Of a stretch of DNA of 64,000 bases, positions 36,111 through 55,680 are shown piece after piece. Under the pieces are notes generated by a model that saw only the letters and a list, made by a program, of their open reading frames with translations, was not told where the DNA came from and ran no database searches. Both the position numbers and the translations under genes were made by a program. Source of the DNA: Podarcis filfolensis (Eukaryota); NCBI GenBank assembly GCA_964270895.1, contig OZ185436.1, one strand, 5' to 3'. The stretch's first letter is position 1; each line of letters opens with the position of its first letter.

Positions 36111-37843
36111 GCTGTTATGATTCACTTGGTGCTTTCCAAGAATACAAAATTGTTACTTACTTTTTGCAGGGACCAGATGGATTACCGGTACCAGGATGCT
36201 GGCACAAGGTATCGTACCCTACCTTAGATTTTTTCTTTGGCTTGAATTAAGATTGTTGCTTAGCAAGAGTAAGAGCATGGAACTAATACATAATTGAGCT
36301 ATTTTGTAAAGGGAAAGGGCGGAAAGGGGGAGAAAATGAACTGAGGCAAATGTAGATATCTTTGCTAAATACCCACATATTAATATAGCCATCATAGAGG
36401 GATTAGACCAAAGAGACAAGAAACTCAGCATTTTGCTTATGAAATTATAACTAAAATTAATTGGTCAGGAAATATGCCAACTTATTCCTGCTTGATTCTA
36501 TCTTTTTGATTCTATGCCTGGCAAATAAATCTGGTTTATTTCCATTTTAATGCTGACTTTGCATCTTGCTTTCATGTCCGCATTATGCTATATATATTTT
36601 TAAAAAACATTTAGATTAGTGTAAATTTAGGGCAGAGCTGCCCATGATGGTGGCAAACCAGTGTCCTTGAATGCAGCCCACAATCACACAGCAGTAAATT
36701 TGTCCTGGCAGGCAGCAATTTCCATGAGAAGCAGAAGGTGAAAGTGGGCCGTCACCATAACCCTCTTCTTAAGTTATTTTTCTGAGTCAGGTTTTAATAC
36801 TAGAGCTGCATCGATTTTGGATTTCCATACAGTATAGCTAAACAGGGGGAAATGGCTCTGCTGCCATGACTGCTGAGACTCTTTCTGCAAATACTTCATG
36901 CTCCCCCACAACTATATGACACTTTTCAATGGGCATGAAGCCATGTACAAAAGTCAGTTCCCCCATTTTAGCTCAGCTCTTGTGTGAGAGGCGAAAACAA
37001 AACAACCTAGTGCCTTTTTTTTTCTTTATTATTGTAACTCTTCCTATGTCCAACCAACCTTTTCTGAGAGTCTCTGTGCAGCTTTCCGCTGTAGTGTTTT
37101 GTTTTCAGGGCTACATATACAAAGAAGGGCAGCAAATGACTGGGTGGTGCTTCTGTTTCAAGCTATGGTAGAGAGGAAAGCCGTCCCAACCAACAGGAGG
37201 ATTGCACAAGCAACCTAGAGATTATTACACATGTCAGGCATTATTAAGCAAGGGCAGAGCAATCCCTCAGATCTACTGACTAGAAAAGATGAGGATAGGG
37301 TGGAGCTGTCTTTCTACCACTGAGGAAAGCATGTGGACATAGATCTATTGCAGGCATAGATTTCCATAGGCCTATTGCAAGTGGTATTTCTACCTGCAGT
37401 AGCTAGTGTTAGGCCCCCAAATGGAGCATTTTAGGGACAGAATGGACTCAGCAGAGGCAGGGCAGAGGTGGCCTTCAGGCGACTGAATCCAAAGCCCATT
37501 CATTCCCTCAAGAGGCCCTGGGATTGGGCCCACTAATCTCCCCACCATCCATCTCCTCCAAAAAATTTCCGAATAGCGAGAATTAAAGAAAAAGAATCAG
37601 CACTGCTAGATGGAATAATTACATTGCCTACCTTCCACCTTGGATGATACAGCTTTGGAAAAAGTAGATAGTCGTCTACTTTACTCCCTCCACATCCCTC
37701 CACATATGATAATAATTATAAAAGATGGAAGTCAGCAATGTCACCAAATAGTTGCAAACACTGTCTCGCAGTAGATGAGAGTGAGATGCATGCTATGCCC
37801 GTGTGTGTGTTTTTTTAAACATGTTTGTGTTCTTTTACAGTGA
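3156..37843 (+). CDS. COL23A1: Collagen type XXIII alpha-1 (transmembrane MACIT collagen), 3' portion; multi-exon, 5' exons upstream of the window
   Basis: Phase-0 Gly-X-Y exons, each flanked by AG/GT: 3156-3272 ([39 protein letters not shown]), 4158-4193, 5934-5960, 7938-7982, a 19-copy 63-nt array at 8353-15435, 18821-18865, 19961-20038 ([26 protein letters not shown]), 21606-21659, 22300-22344, 23188-23277, 24451-24540, 25734-25784, 27010-27075, 28203-28229, 29881-29907, 30918-30989, 31095-31148, 32160-32186, 32996-33049, 33683-33769 (...GLDQPCPV), 36170-36208 ([13 protein letters not shown]), and a last exon starting with TGA at 37841-37843. The [11 protein letters not shown] linker and the [21 protein letters not shown] terminus match COL23A1. 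Synteny with PHYKPL and HNRNPAB agrees. Using all these exons would give 776 aa within the window. Confidence 0.97.
6023..6094. repeat. (TCTG)n/(TCTA)n compound microsatellite
   Basis: Seen directly. Confidence 0.95.
6785..7588 (-). mobile_element. Solo LTR (Gypsy/ERV-type)
   Basis: Termini are TGTCAG...CTGACA (TG..CA with a 6-bp inverted repeat). A perfect 5-bp TSD CATGC sits at 6780-6784 and 7589-7593. The body is GC- and CpG-rich relative to its flanks, with an AATAAA on the minus strand near 6852-6857. Confidence 0.85.
10441..10850. mobile_element. Unclassified ~400-bp insertion in array intron 14
   Basis: The array intron consensus breaks at 10440 and resumes near 10851. The left part looks like a decayed, reversed LINE tail. 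Confidence 0.45.
10983..14647 (-). mobile_element. 5'-truncated non-LTR retrotransposon (RTE-X-like, clade inferred) inserted in an intron of the exon array
   Basis: 14-bp TSD TAAGCAACGCATGG at 10969-10982 and 14648-14661. On the minus strand the 3' end is AATAAA followed by a short TCAA/TCTA repeat tail. 3' UTR is 10983-11201 and ORF2 is intact. The clade call rests on remembered motif patterns, not a search. Confidence 0.9.
11202..14642 (-). CDS. LINE ORF2: APE endonuclease, reverse transcriptase and C-terminal Cys/His knuckle
   Basis: The frame is open from 14642 (right after an in-frame TGA at 14645-14643) to the stop at 11202, giving 1146 aa. This extends the track ORF by 41 codons and adds ILCWNIAGW...[11 protein letters not shown] motifs: WNI, QET, NVYLPP, GDFNA, DYLL, SDH. 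RT motifs: [39 protein letters not shown]-terminal CDC...E...H...C. Confidence 0.95.
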   Translation of the reverse strand, partial: RLAGQPRKPPISILCWNIAGWRRKKCDPEFQSYINSFHIILLQETWEEGEIVINGFDLLSLPACPSQKGGRPKGGLVIGISLKLHFKFSLVSTAPPYALSGLMSGGKVSLLISNVYLPPGGSSLELHDRWEILEDHLVSCRVKYSNSQSLIGGDFNARIAANWVDLTKAKWWTAPCLDNYDLRHALGRASKDSKVNEAGVLLYQMAIRLNLVPLNGCCPPDIPGEYTHLGIKSNSVLDYLLASSDLISKALSFKIGNIQLSDHLPLAATFDLDWHGVEHSHPTQLDTNAENPVEGTNTALRVKGIKWSVTQAQKYSEFFQQEIIQTYSALGITSYEHDQTINLFANLLKDLTSFFTVPTHQANWAHFKTGALWFNRNCKQAKQHLCAIYNDYKSSGATTLPKEYYQAKSAYKYVQKKAKQEWQLNRWQALIAASSTRNSRKFWLLVNRKSKRYPLTVIPAPVWESFLRNYFAVPDLNINTIDRFDEQLPLWPPTDPEEIHGLISNLKIGKAPGPDLVPAEAIKLHADWWAKILAATFDAVNNSGKVPRIWKEAIIVPIHKKGSTDDPGNYRNISLLSLIGKIYARFLLTKLTKWAEENNLIGPEQAGFRPNQSAVDHVLVLYHLARKYSSPNRGQLCAAFIDLKAAFDSIPRGLLWGKLARWGIDKRLLWLITKLHDGSAARVRITPAGDLSNSVTINRGVRQGCILAPTLFNLFISDMRVPLIDSQETIHAPRLAQYRCPLLLYADDAVILSFSRVGLRRALKIFDVYCKSNFLTINHAKSKVLIFSKSRKTYNWRIDGKAIDQVFKFQYLGVLLQHNMGWKVHLAYVLNRAKALAFAILRFFFSDGAFHIPSMLKVFKAKVIATIAYAIPIWGPFVNLTHLEVIQNQLLRRLLKLPRCVSNTAIRLELNVTSLETTLWKCILCYWLALWHKLPNLLLIQCLWRDDFPSPWAKILHGKLVSLGLSPSELLKLDLISAKRIITHKLEEMDLQFNIATGGGTCSPINLGLTPPTKLPSYLTTLSVVTHRYAFIKARFNVFPSNVLGNRLSKGQISLLCDCKSGSIESLYHIIFCCPLHSASRSKFLAPYLSRIADRPQEAQIIYLLNDEDTSRSLAVARYLINVLFQKRRNGSLYDSDSLAKLKYHQ
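14880..15028. mobile_element. Unclassified ~150-bp repeat insertion in array intron 16
   Basis: The intron consensus is interrupted by a GC-richer block ending in AGAATCTGGATCCAGCCCT; boundaries approximate. Confidence 0.4.
16766..16992 (-). mobile_element. MIR/CORE-like squamate SINE
   Basis: Minus strand: tRNA-like head (CAGTGTGGTGTAGTGGTTAAGAGCGGTGGACTCG...), CORE-like GGGTGACTTTGGGCTAGT, and a LINE-type tail. Confidence 0.7.
17516..17664 (-). mobile_element. tRNA-derived SINE with CR1-type 3' tail
   Basis: Minus strand: AGCTCAGTTGGTTAGAGC...GCTGATAACGCC head with degenerate A/B boxes, followed by the CR1 tail GGACTAGATGATCC...CCCTTCCAACTCT...ATTCTATGA. Confidence 0.8.
22547..22702. other. 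Assembly gap (156 N)
   Basis: Run of N inside a COL23A1 intron. Confidence 0.99.
24655..24735 (-). mobile_element. CR1-type LINE 3' end fragment (similar pieces near 47535-47612 and 62325-62380 on +)
   Basis: CATAAG repeats followed by GATCAGGCCAAAGGCCCATCTA..TCCAGCATCCTGTTCTC, the reverse complement of the common squamate CR1 3' end. Confidence 0.55.
28543..28802. mobile_element. Composite insertion: inverted Penelope-like terminal fragments around a LINE-tail fragment
   Basis: 43-bp inverted arms at 28547-28589 and 28744-28786 (41/43 complementary) resemble the squamate Penelope terminus (CAGAACAAACTTAGTTGGTCTCTAAGGTGCTACTG). The 12-bp direct repeat TCTTGTAATTAT flanks them at 28531-28542 and 28803-28814. 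Confidence 0.6.
34111..34297. mobile_element. Tc1/mariner (Tigger-like) MITE fragment
   Basis: CpG-rich patch ending in GTAACCCGAGGTATGTCTCTA, resembling a Tigger-type TIR; the left end is degenerate. Confidence 0.4.
36068..36109. repeat. (GT)21 microsatellite
   Basis: Seen directly, about 60 nt upstream of the last coding COL23A1 exon. Confidence 0.95.
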
Positions 37844-40800
37844 TCCTCCAAGCATGGACTGTGTAAATAATAGTGTGATATATTTTGATCTTTTTCTAAT
37901 TTTTATACAAAAAAGAGGGGGGAAGTCACAAAAAAAACAATAACTCTTCAACAGTAATATATTGATCTTTTTATACTGGATGCTTTCATGTATGGATTTT
38001 AAAAGATATAAACGTTTCCAAGGCCCATAGGACAAGCGTACATAACCAACAACTATTTTATAACTGGACACTCTGAAATAATTGGGAATGATTGTTACTT
38101 GCTGCTAACGCTACCGTGTGGAATAACAGCACTGAGAAACTGTGCCTTGTGTGCCTTATTGCATGGGAGAAGGAACTTCCCCTCTTCTCAACCGATGGCT
38201 TTCAACTCTGCAATTCTGTTGCACATAGCCACAGATAGAAATGGAGGAGAAAATGAAAAAGAAAAAGAAGTTGCAGCCTTAGAAATGAGACAAACGGTGG
38301 CTTGTGGATGAATGTAGGAGGAACCTCCAACCCGGAAATACAACACAAACGTTACCACACATGCTGCTACATACCTCCGCCTTGAAGAAAACAGTTACGT
38401 TCTTGGTCGTTATGATCATCTCTGTCATCTGTGGCAGCTTTTTCCACATGTAGAAAACTTTGTCGCCGGGAGAACCTCTGCTTATTCATTCTACAATCTG
38501 TGACTTAAAGCGGGTTGATTCTCTTCGGGAACTTTTGTAATTACTGCGGAATTGGAAAAACTTGTAGTGCCTCACATTATCATACAGATCACACACAAAC
38601 ACACACACACACAGAGGAAACAGTACAATATTCATCTCAGTTTTACAGATTTGCAGCATAACACCAGTGCTGGTTAAAACCTCTTCCATAGCCACAGTCC
38701 ATGAGTTGCCAGCTCATGTTTGCAAACTGGGAAGGGATTCCTGTATGAAGTCCAGTGCTTGCTTCCCGGAATTGGCAGGGCTTGCCATATCAGTACTGAT
38801 AAACTGGAGCTCTGTTTTTGGACTTTGCTCCCCCACTCCCATATGCAGAACCAAGTACACAACTCGAGGAGTATCTTCATTGGTGTGTAAGCACCTCCCA
38901 AATAAAACTACCTATGGTCAGAAGTGCAGGAGTTCAATAATAGCATCAGTGGTTGTTTGGTCACTTACTTGGTCATGGAAACAACTCTTTCAGTTTCAGT
39001 TCTTCAGAGTAAAGGTGTCTAGGAGAATCTCCATATTTTATGCAGCAAACAAAGGTGCACCAGTGTTACATCAGTGATCCCTTACAGCAAAGCATAAAGT
39101 GAGAACAGGCACATTTCTTTAGCGTGCCTGAGAACTTCTGGCCAAATCAAAACACAATGGCTACAAAAAGCATGGAACTCTAGCAATTGATTGGATTGCA
39201 GCTCGTCCCAGTGGATTGTGGGTATGAGCACAAATAAGGGAGAAAATACTGCTAGTGGAGTATCCTGCATATTTACCATTGGTATATTGAACAATAGCTT
39301 ACTAATTTCAAGAACCTAAGCATGTCCACACATAGCCTACCTTGAACCTATATTTGTAGCAATAAGCAATTTCATTTCAAGCAGCACAGCCAAAACTGTT
39401 CACCCATTTATGCAACTATATAGTGTTCTATACACCCCTTGTTGTTGTGCTGCCAATGGGATCACATACACACAGTTTGTTTACTTTAGGGATGAGGAGC
39501 CATTCCGATGTTGCTGGACTGCAACCCCGTCATCTCAGGTTAGGGCTGATGGGGGCTGCAGTCCAACAGAATCTGGAAGGATACAGGTTAACTTCCACCG
39601 GTTTGCTTCCTCTGCCAAACACCACATTGGCGAAACTCTTCACGCTCCAGGTTTCGAATCTTTTATTTAAAAGGCCATGTTAACGAAAATGTTTCACAAG
39701 TATACAATGAGTATAGAAAGGTTCTGGCAATGATGTTTTGATGCTGGGTGGATCTAGGAGCATCCAGGAGGCATGCTACCTAAGAAGTAAGGGCTACAGA
39801 ACATGTTAGGTAGAAGTATATTGCTTGGAAGGTACTGAGGTAAATAGGGAGAGCAGCAGAAGTGGAGTTAATGGCTCCTGGCTCTGAAGAGCACCAATGT
39901 CTTCCATAGGGCAAGAAAAAGTTCATCTGGTCCTGCTGGTCTGACCACTGTGATAGCAGAAGCTGTTTGCCTTAGTCCTCTGCCTCACAGCTGTTAAAAG
40001 CACAGGAGTTCTCTGTGAGTTGGCAAGCATAGTTGGGAGCAGCTGCAGAACTGACTGAGCAATGTTGACTCGTGGAAAGAGGTTACAGCTTCATGGAAGC
40101 ATCTGAACCCTTTTGCCTCTGAACATTTAGCTAAGGCCTTATATGACAGTTTCCTCAGTGTCATGTTTGTTTGAACACTAGCAAGCTGTGACAGTGATCA
40201 ACTAGGCACAAAACTATGATGAAAGCTCACGTTTATAGGAACCAAGGGACATAATACTTCGCGGTTTGAACAAAACCTAGGAAGCCTGGATTTCCCTCTC
40301 CCGTTTTATTTTGGTGCTAATTGGCTTCATCCTAATTCAGAGTTTAAGCCCTCATTCCCAGAGATGGGGTGTAATTCTATTCCAAAGTGCTGGTTCGCGT
40401 TACTGATCAGAATTCACATGTGTAAGGATGGCATGGTGCTCTCCGTTAGTGTAAGGTAGAAGAGGGGTTCTGGATTGCTATCCTCTGAATCTTTAGCAAT
40501 AATGTATATTATTTCTATTATTACTACTTGTAAAGTCTTCTAGAAAAACTGCAGTTAATGCTTTAAACAGTGTACAATTCTTCACATGGTAGAAGATGCA
40601 TACTATACACACAAAAATAGACTATAAAGTTAACATTGCTTCACTTGTTAACTACTTGGGTTACATATAAGATAGCTTTATTGTATGATTTCTGATGTCC
40701 ATATGGCATTTTGCTCGGTAATGATATTAGACTGTTGTGTAAATGAAGATAAACTACACTGACTTAAGAAAGAAATTAGATACTTTAAATTGTCAATTAA

Positions 40801-42385
40801 AATGCTGTAACCTTCCATACAAAAGACTAGCTTTCAAGGCTTCCTTGAAAGTCAAACAGCTGTGTGCATAGCTTCGTTTTCTGCATGTAATACTCTTTTA
40901 CAGGTGGCAAAAACCAGTGGCAAGTCCATGGGCAGCAAAATCAACTCTCTTCTTCCTCGTCTACAGCATATCATTTCCTCCAAATCTTATCTCCTGGCAA
41001 AATATTTCCCTGCAGTCTGTAGTGTTTGCTGAGTACACTGTACATCTATCTAATTGCCATTCTGTTAATGTCATCCTTAGCAAAAGGAAAGAAAGCAAAA
41101 GGCTGGAGCATGTATGTGGTAGTGTGACAATAGTAATAATGCACAATTATAGCCCCAGTCAAGATAGATGCAGGTGGACCTGCTGCTTTAAATCCCACCC
41201 CCCAACTCCCATTTTCGTGCCAAATCCCCTCACTGTTTTCAATTTTGGAAGTTCAGTTAGTAATTTACTGGCTTTGGCGGGGAGGGGGGCAAAGTTTCTG
41301 TGAGTGAACACTCAAAAAAAGGCCACATGCATCCATGCCCTTCTGGATCACTGCTTATGAAATTTAATACTGGCTATACTATTCTTTTTTTGAGAAAATA
41401 GACAAATTACCTCTTCATCATTCTCTCTTATTAACAGCTGTCAGTGGCAGCACTGGAAAAACAAAATCCAGAAGAAATATTTAAAAGTACTTTTCATTTC
41501 TGAACTCTTTTAAAACAACTCATTAGTGCCACAATAAAATATATTTATTCAAGAAGTGGGCACACACAAGTGTAGAAGATACATTGTTCTTTAGCACATT
41601 AAACCCATTTTTATTTGTGAGTCCTTGGCAAGCTGTTCAGTGATAACCTATTTGTAAAGAAAGAGCAACCTTCAACAACAGTTATTTCTTCAATTGCAGA
41701 CAGCACCAAAGTGAGACTCCTTATAAAATGTGACTCCACATCATCTATTGTTAGCAACTGCATATTTTTCTTTCCCTTCCTCCAAGAAGGTCTAAGCGAT
41801 TTGGAAATATCTATAAGAAGTAATTTAAAAGAACACATAGCGTTATCTCGTTCAATCCACATAACAACTTTATGAGGCATAGGTGCCAACTCCCTGGGGT
41901 CTTGGGTGCCCGAGCACCCACAAAATTCCCCATAAAGGGGCTGGGCACCCACAAATTTTGGTGCCAGGGCCATGCACATTGCATGGCACCCATGGTCAAG
42001 GGGCTAAGTTGGCACTCCTGTTGTGAGGTAAGTTAAAGGATTGTGAGTTGCCCAAGACCTGCTCCTAAGCTTCATAGTTCAAACCTAAGTCTATACCACA
42101 TGGAATGCATGTCAGAGTGAATTCACTGAATATATTAGCAATGTGACTCCTGTATGGGATGCTTCAGAACTGCCTATTTTGTCTACATATCATTTATTTT
42201 GGTGGTGGCAGCAGGTACTGGCCTGGTTCAAAAGTCATGCTATTCCCCTCCCTCTCTTCCCTTTGTCCCCCAGCACAGCTGCAAGGAAGAATCAGAAGCT
42301 TTGCTTCTGCATTAAATTTCTACACACCAGCACCAAGATACAGTAATTTGATCCATTTCTGTTCAGTTAAAGACATACTTCAGAT

Positions 42386-42520
42386 CTGGAGTGGGGAGCC
42401 TTTGGCTCTCCAGATGTTGCTGAACTACAGCTCCCACCATCCCTAGCCATTGGCAGTGCTTACTAGGGCTGATGGGAGTTGTAGTTCTAATCTGAAAAGC
42501 CAAAGATCCTGTAACTCCTG
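42386..42520. mobile_element. Degenerate hAT-type MITE related to 60091-60226
   Basis: Shared CCAGATGTT..GAACTACA.CTCCCA..ATCCCT...GATGGGAGTTGTAGT core. 8-bp TSD CTTCAGAT/CTTTAGAT with one mismatch. Confidence 0.6.
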
Positions 42521-44343
42521 CTTTAGATACTCATTTAAAATGCTTATCGGCATCACCTTTCATAGCATTGGGAATTGTGGGAAATAACAGCTTTAAAGCC
42601 CTGAAAGGAATTCGGTAATTCCTTTTTAATAGAAATGCTCTATTTACAGTGCCTAAGTACCAATTAAAATCACCAAATCACTACTAGCCATCAGAATAGT
42701 AGTGATTTGGGTTTTTTAATCAGCACAGTATTTTTAAAAATTGAAGATTATCAACATGGCTTCTTTATATAAGAGGACATTGATATGCTTTCAAAAGCAC
42801 CAATCTGTGTAGTATGTGAAATAAAGACAATTTTGTTTTACGCTTTAAATTGCTCTTATTTTGAATGGAAATATAAAGAATAGCCAGCATTCAATATTTT
42901 AACTACATGTTTTCAGTTTTTGATAATTTTCTAATTTTTCAACTTGATACCTTTAAAAAGTGAAGGTTTGCACTATATGGTACTAAAACCCTTCCATAAT
43001 TTGATTAAGCAGAATGGACAGGCTTAAATCTCTTCCACTTAAAGAGATGGAACTTGAAAGTATTTCACATCTGCTATATCACGCTGTGTTTATCTCAATA
43101 GAATGTTGTGCCACAGAACTGAAAAACAACACTGTCAACGTTTTCAGCCTACTTCTAAATTGGCATTTTGAATATATATTGCTGCAACTATAAATATAGT
43201 TTGGCTCTGCCTCTTGTTTATTTCAATGTTTTGCTGTAAAAAAAATGTGCAGTAATAGTAGTTTAAACCCACTGGTGCCCAAGTTGCTCAAGTTTTAAGA
43301 CAAATTACTGCTACTCATTGCACAGGCAGAAGCTGAACTACAGTGAACAATGTGATTCACTGCTCAATATACAGGAAGATTTTGCTAACTTGCTTGTATG
43401 CCTTGCAAAAACTAGGGCATGCTTCTACAGCCCCGGTCAACAGTTTCCCTACAGGCCACTTAAGAGTGGGGAAGGAAGCAACAGCTATAAAGTTTTGTTG
43501 TCACAGATGCCACTTTCTGCATACCCCTTTCACCTCTACATTGACAAATGCAATATCTGTCAGGGGCCTGGATTTGGCCCAGGTGCCTCCACTTGCTGCC
43601 CCGTTTTACAGTGTGCTGAGCACCTACAGTAACTCTGTATCAGAATGAGTCCTAGTAAATCAAGTGTCCTTGACTTCAAGTGAGAGCAAAGGACAATCCC
43701 CCCAAAAAGCAGTTGGACTGCATTATCTTCTACTTTTTGAGATTCTAAGCAAAGATCAACATAATACAACTTGTGTTTTATATTCAGTAAAACTCTTATT
43801 CAGGAAGTATATATAGAAGCTGTATGAATGTGCAAATGAAGGGGTTGACAGACTCATAATTACCAAGGTAGTGTCCGGTATTACAAACTGCACATAGAAG
43901 TCTCCTTTTCATGCAAGTAATCTCATTCAGTAACTAATAAGTAAAAGGGCTTTGAGAATTATGCCTCTTTCATGAAGAATTTTGTGGAATGTATTTTACA
44001 TGCTTTATAATGAAATACTCTTCTGAGCTTCAATAAAATGTACGGTATAGCTTAAAGTTGGAAGGGAATATTTATGCGACATGTTTAGTTGTCATTGATT
44101 ACAACTTTATGTAAAATTTCTAACACGTACAAGCCAGAACAACTGCTATATTTAGTTGTACTATGGGGGAACAACTATTTTTAAAATGAAGGCATTAATA
44201 CAGTATTATGAATTATTGAATAAAAATATAGACTTGTACTGATCTGTTTTGTAAATTTTACAACTGGCACTGCACAGTTTGGCAGTGTTCCCATTGTTTT
44301 GTGCTTTGATTTGTAGTAAGACTTGATATTTGAACCATTTTAG

Positions 44344-44349
44344 AATAAA
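44344..44349 (+). terminator. Candidate distal COL23A1 polyA signal (others at 44032 and 44219)
   Basis: Cluster of AATAAA hexamers in U-rich sequence just before the PHYKPL CpG island. This would imply a 3' UTR of about 6.5 kb; it cannot be confirmed from sequence alone. Confidence 0.35.
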
Positions 44350-44672
44350 CTGCTTCTTGTACAGATTGTTTTTACTATGTTGTGAATTATATACCTGCAA
44401 CATTCCTAACCAGAGCTATAAAACAATCAAAAGCATTTGAATTCAAATTAGCTTCATTATTTTTTGAAATTAAAGTAAGTTGTTCCATTAATCAGACCAA
44501 TAGTTTTAAAAACAGTTACTTAAAAATAGTCCCATTACAAAAACAAAACCAAACTGGAATTATTCCAATTCATTTTCTTACTAATACTCACCTTACTCTT
44601 ACTTTCAAATACATGTTTGGAATGCCCACTGTCATAATCCAAAACAGATTTACATTGGATTGTATAAAGAAT

Positions 44673-44700
44673 ACACACACACACACACACACACACACAC
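44673..44700. repeat. (AC)14 microsatellite
   Basis: Seen directly. Confidence 0.95.
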
Positions 44701-45557
44701 GTATATATATGAATGAACTGGAAAGCTTTGCACAGAAAATATATTTGACAAGGTCAGATAAACATTTGATTAGCGGACAAACATTAATATTCTCTGAAAC
44801 TTTCGGCTCAACATGTTAAGAGCCTTCCATGTTAACTCCAGCTCCAAAATGCCAGAAAATTAACTGGAGGATGAAGCGCTGCAAGGACAAGGGCACCTGC
44901 TTCTTGGACACAACAATTCAACGGGTGGAGCGCTTCCCGGCACGCCAATGTGGTGAGGGGAAAGCATCGCCCATTGAATCGCGCAGGGTTGGGAACCCCA
45001 CCTACTAAACTGCTTCATTGCGAGGCTCTTAAGCGGCTTCTGACGCTGCCCTCGCGAGAGCCGCAGACTCTACTCTTTGGGTTTCGCCACCTGCAGCCCA
45101 GCCGAGGAAGTTCCACCGCGCGCCCACCAGGGGGCATTGCAGAATCCCGGCTGCTCAGGCCAGACGCGGGAGCGGATTTCTCGCTTCCGTTCGTGCACGG
45201 AGCGGGCCGGTGAATTCTCGGTTATCATGGATCCCCCCCCCAAGCTGCGCCTTTTAGATAACAGGCTGCATTGGCTTGGGGGGGTCGAGGGGGGAACGCA
45301 AAAAGATAACATTTCACACAAGAGAATAAAAAACGGGAAGGGCCTCAGCTTCCTCTCTTTGCCGGGGCGGAGAAACCGCTGCCCAGCCCTACCCCCCCCC
45401 CCTGTCTCCTATAGGCAGCTCTCACTTCCGCCTCCCCTAGCAGGGGAAGAGCTTCACAAGGAACCCGGAAAGCCTTCCTCCAGGAAAACCAGGTTGCCCC
45501 TAAGTGACATCTTCATCCTATCTCTACGGTTCCTTTTCCCCACACTCCTGGGCAGCC

Positions 45558-55104
<9,547 letters not shown>

Positions 55105-55344
55105 AGAAAGTTCACTTCCACTACCTTCGTATGGTAAGTATTCAGGTAATCTGATGATAAAAAAAGAGTCAAATACTCCATGAAGGAATCCAGTCAATTC
55201 ATTAATCTAAATACACAATGAATGTACACAATTATATCCTAGCAATGTATAATCTACAATAAGCATGTTATTACAAAGTATTAAGGAAACTTTCACTGAG
55301 CTTTGAAATGAGAATATTTAATTCTTTCATTCCATCTCTTACAG

Positions 55345-55680
55345 GTTACAGACATGGTGCTGAATTCTACCATGTTTCTAATATATTTTACTTAAGCTAC
55401 AATACCAAAAATACTACCTTTTCCCAACTACAATTATTAAATTTATTGTCTTTGTTGTAATACTGATAGTACATAAATTCAAAGCTCTACAGATGTTATT
55501 TGTTAATCCAACTCTTCATGCAGTGGAGTAAAAATCAATTGATTTATCCAGAAAACAAACTGCTTTATTGGTTACAGAACCTAAACCACAACTTACACTC
55601 ATTTCTGTTTATATTATAAAATTAGCACCTTCCAGTCATTTGTGGGCATGTTTTCTTCCTTCCTAACAATAAAGTAAGCA
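55345..55680 (+). other. PHYKPL: Probable non-coding last exon (3' UTR) of PHYKPL
   Basis: Donor ATG|GTAAGT after 55133, 29 nt past the stop. Pyrimidine-rich acceptor ...CTCTTACAG ending at 55344. AATAAA near 55668. Confidence 0.55.

Noticed and set aside
38280-39080. Minus-strand frame with only two stops over ~200 codons, plus a 136-aa plus-strand ORF, in the presumed COL23A1 3' UTR
   Set aside because: No protein family was recognisable in any frame and a (CA) microsatellite interrupts it. A tblastx search would be needed to rescue it as a pseudogene or TE fragment.
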